DNA from: Bugula neritina | Lineage: Eukaryota; Animalia; Bryozoa | Direction: 5' to 3' | Assembly: GCA_964035545.1 (NCBI GenBank) | Contig: OZ037766.1 | Span: 19,518,767 to 19,582,766, forward strand | Length of the DNA stretch: 64,000 nt | Part shown: positions 26,701 to 38,688 of the stretch, one piece after another | How the letters are laid out: each line of letters opens with the position of its first letter | How positions within the stretch are numbered: the stretch's first letter is position 1 | The notes under the pieces: generated by a model | Databases searched by the model: none | The model's input: only the letters and a program-made list of their open reading frames with translations | Told to the model about the DNA's origin: nothing | Program-made: the position numbers and the translations under genes

Positions 26701-29700
26701 GCAAGAATTAGCATGTAGAAATGTTACTCATTGGCTTTTCATGTATTGAAGTTACGTGACTTTGCAAAGACTCTAATGCATAGGAGGAGGCTATTTGCTG
26801 CAGTCTGCTTGGCTATAAAGATTTAAAGTAAAGGCATATTCCTACAAACAGTGAGTCTGCCGAATAGCATCTATTAAATGGCGAGATGTACCATATTCAA
26901 CATCCTACAATCATACCCTCCCCCACCTTTCTACACTCCCCTACACCTCTCTACACTCCCCTACACCTCTCTACACTCCCCTACATCTCTCTATACTCCC
27001 CTACATCTCTCTATACTCCCCTACACCTCTCTCCATTCCCCTACACCTCTCTATACTCCCCTACACCTCTCTACACTCCCCTACACCTCTCTACACTCCC
27101 CTACACCTCTCTACATTCCCCTACACCTCTCTATACTCCCCTACACCTCTCTACACTCCCCTACACCTCTCTACACTCCCCTACATCTCTCTATACTCCC
27201 CTAGAACCTCTCTACATTCCCCTACACCTCTCTATACTCCCCTACATCTCTCTATACTCCCCTACATCTCTCTATACTCCCCTACACCTCTCTCCATTCC
27301 CCTACACCTCTCTATACTCCCCTACACCTCTCTACACCTCTCTACATTCCCCTACACCTCTCTACACTCCCCTACATCTCTCTTCACTTCCCTACACCTC
27401 TCTACACTCCCCTACACCTCTCTATACTCCCCTACACCTCTCTACATTCCCCTACACCTCTCTATACTCCCCTACACCTCTCTATACTCTCCTACACCTC
27501 TCTATACTCCCCTACACCTCTCTTCACTTCCCTACACCTCTCTACACTCCCCTACACCTCTCTATACTCCCCTACACCTCTCTATACTCCCCTACACCTC
27601 TCTACACTCCCCTACATCTCTCTATACTCCCCTACACTTCCCTAAACCCTCCCAAACTTCTCTGCATTGAACATTTCAAAGTGTTGCTGAATATTCTTAA
27701 AATGTCTCAGAGCTCAAATTTTTAATATTACAAGTTTATTAAAATTTATTGATACTTTTATATTTTTGTTAATAATCTATGCCTGGTGAACAGATAATTA
27801 AGGACGAGTGAGGGGGTAGTTTCGCATCTGCTGAGAGATGCTCCCAAATATTTTTTTAGATTTCATAAGTTAAAAATTATAGTAATAACAGATAACTCTC
27901 ATGTAGCTGTATGAAGCTAAACATTTAGATATATTATAGATTGAAGTAATGCACCAATGTGCAAATCATGCCAGTGGACAAACAAATGCCTTAATGTAAC
28001 AATTTTGTCGGGAAGCATGAGTATTAGTGCAAATGCCTGATATAACCTGCATACCTCATCTTCAAACCTTGCACATTCTTTCTTGTATGCACTCCGCTCA
28101 TTTTCCACTTTTTCCAACTGGGATTTTAGTTGAAAAAGTTCTGCCTACAACGAAATATAATCTGAAAATTTAGGACATAAATTGGCAGAGTAACAGTTGT
28201 ATAACATAAAAGAAAATTGAGTTGAAAATGTTACATTTTTCTAAAAACAAAAACTTACTTATTACAGTTCTATGAAAGCTTGAAGCATGTTCATAATTGA
28301 TAAGTTTAACTAATGTGTGTAGTGTTGAAACTGCTTACTCATGTACTAACACAGGTAATCCATCTCCGAACTAAATGAATAAAATAACCAAAGATAAACA
28401 TTTCTTTACCTCTTTAGCCTTGAGAGTCTCTTCTGTCTGCTGAACGTTAACTAGAGGTTTGATTTTGGTGTACAGTTTCCACCACTGCCAGTCCTCAAGT
28501 TTAAAATTTATTCTGATGTTTTTCTGTATACATCGCATTGCTTCGTGCTTCAACTAAAATGCAATAAAACGTACAGCCCGCACATTTCAAGGTGTAGTCA
28601 ACATATTATTTGCAATGAGGACATAACTTACCTTAAGTTTTACGATAGCTTTCTGAGCCAAGTAGCGCCTGATATGCTTCTGTATGACTATGGCATACAG
28701 AGACCTTCTGAGTTCTCTAAGACGGTTGAGTTGTGCCAAAGTATCTGGCCGGATAAACACCTGACATAAAAGAGCTCAGTGTGTACTCAGCATGAGATGC
28801 TACCACCAGCTTACTATTTTATGACAACAGTGTTTGACTAGTATATTTGGATAAACAAATGTAGTTTTTGTTACTACCACTGATGGCATTAATTAAAATA
28901 GGCAAATGAAATTTACTGCAGAAGCAACTTGTGAATAAATATCATAAAACAAGTATGAGAAATAACATATACGTGACTTGATGAAGTATATGTGACTTGA
29001 TGAAATATACGTGACTTGATGAAGTATACGTGACTTGATGAAGTATATGTGACTTGATGAAGTATATGTGACTTGATGAAGTATATGTGACTTGATGAAG
29101 TGAACCAACCTGACTTAGCCCTATCCTGTACTGACTTTTATCAACACCAACTGTCGTCAGCACCTCTTCCACAACAGCTTTCTGATCCACCAGTGGCACA
29201 GAATACGAAGCGTCTTCCCCACAGAGTAAAGAGTAACGTCTTATAAACTCACTGAATGTTAGGTGTTCAGGGTACCCTAGATGCACATGAATCATAAGTC
29301 ACTTTGAGAAGAGAGATAGTTCTCATTATAAAGAATTTATTCTGGTGAAGGTGACATTCTATTATGGATACAACAGGGAAGCTTCACCATTCTCTATAAA
29401 ACAAGCTTTGAACCAAAAAGACACAAAGCTGAAAGGATATACAGACCTTGGCGATGAAATCTAACTGCAGTTAGGAGTTGCATTCCTCTGATTTGCAACC
29501 TGATGTAAGGTACATCAAGCACCATGTCACCTGTTAGAGGAACAGTACCAGCATGACTTCTCTGTCTATCTTGTGAGTTGGGAACTAAATGTATGACAAA
29601 GTGAACGGCCATCTTTGATATGTTGTCCAGCAAAGAGTCCTGCAGAAGCAAAGAAGATTGTGTCTAATTAGTAACACACCGGAAGGCATGCATTAGGAAC

Positions 29701-32700
29701 AAATGACTAGGCATATGTTCATGGCTGAGTCATTAATGATTTTTTTATAAAACATGAAATCAATATTGAGATATATTCTGATGTTTATCATGTGTTTTAA
29801 AGATGTGATATTCAAAATTTTGATATATAGTTACGTTTGTTGTATGTACTGTGTGAAAAACTAGAGTTGGACTACAGGTAAACCTATGAGCCAATAATGA
29901 AACACAAGATAATCAGCAACATTCTGGCTTTTCTTGATAGGGTGGCAGTGTATTCTCTGGGACTTTCATGAACAAATTCTTCATCATGGAGCATTGTTAA
30001 GATAAGTTGTTAAGATAAGTTGTTAAGATACATGCTCCAATGGATGACTTTAAACCATATTGGTGAATTGAGAAGTACATAGTTTGTTGGTGAGAATGAG
30101 CAAGTTTCAAGCTTTTTAACTCACCATTTGGTATTTAACAGACATAGACTGAGATTTACGCTTCAGCCCTGCTTGGTTGACATATTGACGCCTCAAACTA
30201 TTACTACGGTGTAATGTACTCATGTTGCCAGCACCACTTGTAAATGAGCTAGCTAGTGAGCTGGAGGCCGAGTTGAATAATTCAGCAATACTCGATCTGC
30301 AATGAAATGACAAGACATATTACAATACAGAGCGTACTAATCATTTTTATGCACATTACATTGACCACTCATGAAACAACGATTTAGTGCCAAAGGAGCT
30401 GGCTTTCTCTACATAGAAATAATGACCTAATTATTGCTGTTAAAGCAATAATAACAAACACTTGCTGACTGTAGGCTGAGTCAGCGTCTTTTTAGTAACA
30501 ACTTAAAATTAAAACATTCGCAGCACATGTTAGAGCAAAATTCCGATAGCATCACGTACCGCTTACGCTGCCAGCAATTTGCACAACCTAAAGCATTCAT
30601 ATTGCACTTGACGATGTAATTGAGGGGAATTCAAACTGTTAAACTTTCAAAATTAAAATACCTGTAAGATACAACACTGTGGAACTACCTTTCACAAGGC
30701 ATTTCCTAGCAAGATGAGACAACTTTTAAAAGAATTTATCAAAATAAAATTATCGAGTAAATGCTTCTTTAACTATTTTCCACAAAAGCTGTCTTAGTTT
30801 TAGCTTTCTGTGGTGCTGCTAACTTTTATGTTGATAGTGAACACAAATTTTATGACAATATACATCTAAGTGTCTAATTGTTTCAGTTAAATGTGAACAA
30901 TTTTTTAACATTGATATAATTATATTACTATTTTATAATGATATCTGTTGTTGATATAATTTTTATTTTATTAGATTTATTGGCAGCACTAATTTTTTTT
31001 ACAGCCATGAATCTTTATCTATGAATATTATTACAATATTGTTACAATACAACAATTTAAATGCTTATCAGTTATAAAAAATAGCTATAAACAAATTTAT
31101 AAAATATTCCATCCTTATTATTTTTGCTTCAACTGTATATCTCATTAATGACTAATACCATATTATAATTATATTATAATAATAATGTCCACATTTTACT
31201 ACTAACCACATAACTGTTAGCAATAATAGTGATACTACCACGGGCACCAAAAGTAATGTTTGTAAGTTATAATAGTATCAGCAGTAGAAGCGCAAAACTA
31301 GTGCTAGGATTTTAGCATAATATTTCTACAACAGCAGCTGGTGTAGAAATATCCTGCTAAAATCCTAGTACTAGTTTTACTAGCTTTTCATATAGACAAT
31401 AAAATAATTGCTGTGTTGTGACGAGGGAAGGAGGAACAAGCAAGTCCTCAACAAACAACTTTCATTCAACTCAGAAATTTACTGCTTGCTTGTGATTCGA
31501 AACTGAAACTACAGACCCTGCAGTTTCCACCTTTGAGTAACAAAGAAATAGTGGAGTTATGCCCTCCTATGATTACATACTTTTGACTAGACTGTAGTAG
31601 ACCCGCAGCTTGCTCAGTATTGCTGTACAGTCTGCAGGTTTTCAACCAGCCAGCACACTGGTAGGTGACTTGTGCTGTGCCATAGTAGTGATTCAATGAA
31701 AAGAGAGAAGGATGGTGAGGGTGGAGAGTTAAGAGCTTCTCACCTGTCAAATATATTGCAAAGAATAAAGCAGTTATCCAGATGGTTGCAATTCTGGCTA
31801 TATTAGCATCACCTGAAACTTGCGGTGACAGTGTAGGCCTATCATACTAGTAGCCAACAGCTGTAGAAAGTAATGAATACCTTCCATGGGGTTTAAATCA
31901 ACCAATAAAAAGAAAAGAAAGATAAAGACAGGTTTGCAATATGTTTTACATATTGATAGGGAATAAACACTAACTAACCTCAATAGCTGAATAACATTGG
32001 ACAAACTATAACCTTATATATTCAACATCATATGGATTATACCACAGACAAAAACCCTCCAATAGTTTATTTTATACAAGGTTTTAAATGTTAAACTCAA
32101 AGTAAAAATGTATTTAATATTTACATGAGGTATGGGATGGGTATGGTGTATCAAAAGATTTGCCAATAACAGTTTTTTTATAAATTGAAAATGGGTCTTT
32201 ACAATATCTTTAGATCTCAGCAATACCGAGGTAATAACTTTTAGTAGCAGCATAGCAGAAGTCATGTTATGTCATATTTCAACTTGAATTTTAAAATAAA
32301 GGTATGCTGTGACCAGAGTCAACTCTGCCAGGGCATAAATTCCACTCGAATGCACCTGCTCTCTATATTTAGAAAGCGCTATAGTCTATACAATCACACT
32401 AACTCGTATACTTACACTGCACCATTGTAAACTCACACTGCATTATTATATACTTACACTACAATGCTGTACACTTACACTACAATGCTGTATACTTACA
32501 CTAAAATTTTGCATATTTACACTACAATGCTGTACACTTACACTACGATGCTGTATATTTACATTACAATGCTGTATACTTACACTACAATGCTGTACAC
32601 TTACACTACAATGCTGTACACTTACACTACAATGCTGTACACTTACACTACAATGCTGTATACTTACACAACAATGCTGTACACTTACACTACAATGCTG

Positions 32701-35700
32701 TATACGTACACTACAATGCTGTACACTTACAGTACGATGCTGTACACTTACACTGATCTACAGCTCTCCCATGAGCCAAGTCTACTTTGTCTAAGAACTG
32801 CTCCTCAGTAGCACCTGGTGTCATAGACATTTGATCGAGTATCCAAAACAGTCCGAGATCTGCACTCTCATCTCTGCCCAGCAGACTGAGATCTATTCGG
32901 CTGTTTGCACTTCCTGTTCCTTGTAACTGAAATGATACGATATCCTTGTAACTGAAATGATATGGTATACTGTATCATAGGTCGTGTGAATAGTGGTTTT
33001 AAAATGGTGTGTGTTGCATTTATAGAACCACCTTCAGCAATAGATGTCGGTGCTTGACATGTGCTACTAAGTGGTGAACATGTGCTACACAGGTGCTAGA
33101 CAGGTGGCGCTGGACATGGTTATTTATGCATCACTCATGCCCAGGTTTCCTTGTTTCACAAACCATTATCGGCTTCCACAGAACATTACTGCACACACAC
33201 ATTGAAATAATAAGATCTTCATACCAGCTGTTGCTGATTGGATGGTTTGTCAAGCAGCTTCACCATTGCTTCTGGACGATCAGTGAAATCATCAAGTTCT
33301 ACTTCAATGTTCTCCTGTAGGTAGAAGAACAGCACTATGATATTTGAAGCAGATGCACTGCCTGTACTAGTTATTTCTAAAAGGCTAAATACATTTACCA
33401 CTACCGCTGTGTAAAAGCTATTTTACAATAAAGTAGTCGTTTTCCCTTGCATAATTTCTCAAGCTAAACTGATAATAGTGAACATGAAAAGCTCAGGGAT
33501 TGCATCGATTTGAGAACTGGCAGGTAATATTTCAGGTTACATAGTTTAGTTTAGTTTAGTTCATACACAGTTGATCATATACTGAGGTTTTCTTTAAAAC
33601 ACTTAATTATTATACTTGAAAGAAATGCATTCAAGGTAAAAGTTTTAAAACTTAACTACTTTGGAAAATGACCGAAATAAGCATTACAATATTCAAAGAG
33701 CAGTGTGAAACTAACGTATATTTTGCTAATCAAGTGAAAACTAATTACTAAAGCCAAATTAAGCTTCAAAAGTTGAACAAAGTCAAATACAGTTGAGCAC
33801 ATGAACCTGGGAGAGCGGCGCAGAGCACTTGGGAGGTGTCATACTACAGCATAGTGTAGGCTAGATGCTTATACTGGGTAAGCAAATTACATGCTAAGCG
33901 GTGAAGTGTTACAAGTAACTCAGAACAACCCACCTGTATGTAACGTTCTTTGTTCTCAGTAAATATCTTCTCATAAAAGAGAAGTTGTATTCTCTCATTG
34001 ATGTAGTTGTAGCAGAGGTGATTGAAGGTGGCTGGTTGAGAGGTGCTGTCTCTGAAGCCAGGTGTGTCTAGTATGATAATAGAAGTACAGTTCCTCGTCA
34101 CAGTTGAGAGGTTCCTGCATAGTGTAGAGAAATTTCCATATCAAACAAGTGAATAAACAACACAACTATTCATAGAGAAATACATTTGAATTGAAATATT
34201 GTGGAATAGTGAAATATATATAAAAGGTGATTGACCAAAAAAGTAGGTGAATACAAAGGTAAGCAATAAAGTTTAAACTTTTGGATGAAAAGAAAAAATA
34301 GAAATAGTTTAGACTTTAAAATAAAAGTATCCCTCACTAGAAAAACTTCTCTTCAATATAAAATATCAACACTGAGCATGAATGCAGCTATACATTAAGA
34401 TTTTCATCTTAATAAGATGATAAACAACTTCAATGACTCATTACAACTAATAGGCAGCAATAATACAAATAAAATTAGCATGAATTGGAGTGAACTCACA
34501 TAATTCAAATTTTATTTTCCAGAAACACGGGAAAGAACTAAAAAAAGGTGGTCTATTAGCAGCAGAATTTACAGTTATAACCAACATGTTTATTAGATAT
34601 AACCAACATGTTTATTAGATATAACCAACCTGTCTATTAGATATAACCAACCTGTTTATTAGATATAACCAACCTGTCTATTAGATATAACCAACCTGTT
34701 TATTAGATATAACCAACCTGTTTACTAGATACAACCAACCTGTTTATTAGATACACAACCAGAGTGAAGAGTTGAGTGTAGATACCAACAATGAATTCTT
34801 CCAGAGCATCTGCACCTCCAGAAAGAGTTTCTTCTACAGCAGAGGGTCTACAAAAGTTATATAAGTTATTAAATAACTGAGTAGATAGTCCAATAGGTAG
34901 TCCAGTATATAGTCTAGTAGGTAGTCCAGCAGGTAGTTTAGTAGATAGTCTAGTATATAATCCAGTTGATAGTCCAGTATATAGTCTACTAGGTAGTCCA
35001 GTAGATAGTCTAGTAGGTAGTCCAGCAGATAGTCCAGCAGATGGTCCAGCAGGTAGTCTAGTTGATAGTCTAGTAGGTAGTCCAGTAGGTAATCCAGTAC
35101 ATAGTCTACTAGGTAGTTTACTAGGTAGTCTAGTAGGTAGTCTAGTAGGATATCAGATGCTTTTGATATCATGTATTGCTGCTTATAGAAATTGTATTTA
35201 CAAAAAAGGGTTGAAAAAATCAAACATAAATACTATTCTTGAGCAGAAAACATAAAACTATATTTACTGAATGATATAACATTGAAACTGCTTTTAAACT
35301 CTGTAGCTTTATGATCTCACACAGTGGACGTGTGGAAGAGAAACATGAAGCACTGGTACTAAAAACAATATGTAATGAATAAATGCATCTATGTAGTATA
35401 AAAGGGTGCAAATGATGTTAGAAGTTAAAATCTTGGTTTTAAGAAACTGAAGCATAGTCATATTTTTAAATGTAGCCAACTCTAAGAAAAAGACGGTTCA
35501 AATAGAAAATAATGTTTAGAAAGAACAAGTTAGGGACAATTCTCTATGAAATGTAGGGATGTGGATTATAACTAGAGCAAGACAGATGTGAAAGGCAACT
35601 CAATTACTTTATTTTGATGGCAGCAGCTTGATAAATAGTGAGAAAATCTATTATTTGCTGTGGAAGTGTTAGGCCATGCCTGTAAGCTGTCGCTAGTAAT

Positions 35701-38600
35701 TTTAACTACTCAAATTTCATATTAGAAAATATTACTACAGCAAAGCTTGGAAATATTTATTCAGGGTGGCCTAAAGTTAACCTAGCTAAGTTCATCCACA
35801 TTCAACTCCATAGGTTGTTGTTTCTCGAAGAATATGACCAGCCAACAATTTTGTGATGAAAAGTAGCAGAGAAGTAAAACTTCCATTTTTCAAATAGAGA
35901 TTAACCATGATTCATCACCATTTTATGAAAAGCACACACATTTTACTATAATGAAATACTACTTAGGAAGGATTCGTCAACAGAAGTGGTATGGAGCACT
36001 TTGATTGAGCAAACAACAAAGGAGAAGCAATAAATCAGTGACACAATCAATAATTTGTAGAATAAGTTTGACCTAATTTACTCATTACAAACTCTTTCAG
36101 TCCTGGCAGCTATCAGTACAAACCTTAGATTTGATTGGCTGCTGAGAGTAGATGGGCTATAAGAGAAGATAGATTTGGCAAGATCTTCGGCATTAACTCC
36201 TAGCAAATTGGCAGCGTTCTGCGCACTGGCAGGGTCAGCAAAGTAGGTTTTGTTGTTGCTGCCTGGAGTAAAATTCATGAAACATTTAGATGCCAAAGAA
36301 GGCAGTAAAGAGAAAGAATAGGTAGGCTATAACTAGTCCAACTATTCAACTAAAATTTGCTAACATTTGACAAGACAACTCCAATAACTATGTCAACTAC
36401 ATGTAGAATTTTAGATATTAGTACATTACATTTAAACTTTCTTTTACTTTTATTTAATAAAGTATCAGTACCAGATACAGGGTTAACTAGACCATGATGT
36501 AGCACTATGATACACAGTAAATGTGTCATAACGAAACTGTAAACTTACCTTTGGTCACACCAGCTACTCTCAGATGAATGATAGCAGCAACAACATGCTG
36601 TATAGCTTTGATTTCTTCAGGCGTAACAGACAGCATTCTCAAAGAGTACTCTAGTTTATTCCAGTTACCAACAGCATCTTCAGGGTCCACAGTCTAAACG
36701 AGCACATAACTTCTTTAAATGTGACTGTTTATTAGCTATAAGCATTTCTTCTTTGCATGTTTGATACAAGTTATCATACGTCTCACGAATTTTTATCTTT
36801 CATGTTTCCAAACACAAGAACGTAATTTTCCAATCGCACCATAGTTATCAGATTTAAGTAAAATAAATAATTCAGTTGTTATCCTATAGACTTCACAGTT
36901 GCTATAGCAAAACTAAACACTAAGCATTCAGTGTTTATACTCTACTCTATATAGTTATCACATTATTGAACAGATAAGACAACTTCAAAATTTGTTTCAT
37001 AAGCTCAGACAAGTAAGTCACAAACCACATGGATACTTACACTGGGTGGTGAATAAACCGTATTAAAAAGTCCTTCATTAGAAAGTAAGTGCAGCTCTTG
37101 CCGTTGAGAGTTGTCTAATCCATATAGAACATATTGGAATATATGGAAAGTTGTCTCACCCTTTGGTATATTGACTATTCTGGACTTTTCTAATAGGCTA
37201 GCCTGCAACCATACATTAAACTCAACTTCATACTACAACTCAGTAACTTCATATAACACATGCATGTAGGACTAGAAGTTCAGACTCATCCCAGTGTATC
37301 CAAACTCAACAGTACGCTAGTGTGGGGCATCTCTAATGACTGAATATATTAAATACGACATAAAAACTCTGACAACTAAAATATATTGTTTTATAAAATC
37401 AAAATCTGGTTTTACAAACGATACACACAATACAATATCATATTAAAGACAACTAGCTTAAGTATATTACATACTCCAAGTAGTGACTACACAACCCAGC
37501 ACATTGTACATATCATTTAAATAGTATAAATATTGTATTCACTAGTCCTGAACATGCAGCATCATTTATGAACAAGGCATTACTTGGAAGGAAGAGGAAG
37601 CTATGAAGCCATAGTGATCAAAGTCGATAGTCACATGGTGAACAAAGCCACTGGAGTTGGTGTTAGGCTGAGTAGAGTAGTTTCCCAGTGCTTCCAGCAC
37701 AGTTAGTGCTGACGAGTATTTCTCATCTACAGATCATACCATATTCTTAGTGCAATGAGCTCCCCAATTTATAGTTTAACGTTGATCACTGGCGATGACA
37801 ACGGCAACATATGATACAACTAGGTACGTCAAGGTCAATTAGTGACAGCAAGAAGATAATCTGGCCACTTATAGAAATATGATGCATCAGTTTCATATGT
37901 ACACAGTAAACTAACCCAATAAAAGCATTTTACATTCTAAGGACTGTGAACAATAGGCTAGTAATTGTAGACAGCCAGGTTAGAACATAATTATTATATA
38001 AATATGAGCATATTAGGTGGCATCTAGCAATACTTACCAATAGCAAGTTGTTGACTGCCAGCATACATGTGGCCGTAGTAGTTCAACATATGCCTCATAC
38101 TAGTTGATTTACCACTACCTGTCCTGCCGGAAAGGACAATGCACTGGTCTCTGCAAGTTGTTATCATTTCCTGATACACGTATTGCGCTTTGCTATAGAC
38201 ATGGGGAGGTAACTCTGAATAGTTACAAGCTCGCACCATTTGCATCACCTGAAATACAGACTACAGTCAATTACAGAGTGAAGGATTTCACAGTATAACG
38301 TGGAATGTAGTGACCAAAAAGCATTAACATGATGAAATCTTTAGTATTTTATGCAAATCTTTAGCCAAGATGGCGTAACAGTACGAATTTTTAACAACTG
38401 TGGACTTGGACATTTTTCTTAAGGCTTTAATATTTAAGATTATTATATGTACAATAATGAGCAATTATATTATCAAGAAAAAGAGCAATTTAATTAGATG
38501 CTATTTTATTGTGATACTATTAGTTTCATGCCTCTTCAGCACTCCTCAGGCACAATATTGAATTTAAATTATATATAATAATATAAAATAATATAAAATA

Positions 38601-38688
<88 letters not shown>

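Noticed and set aside
26878-27725. Extensin-like or CTD-like (YSPT) ORFs
   Set aside because: The 20-bp period is not a codon multiple and the array is intronic; ORFs persist only because the unit lacks stops.
32464-35223. MLYTYTT-repeat and LLDY-repeat ORFs
   Set aside because: Translations of the 21-bp and 12-bp minisatellites.
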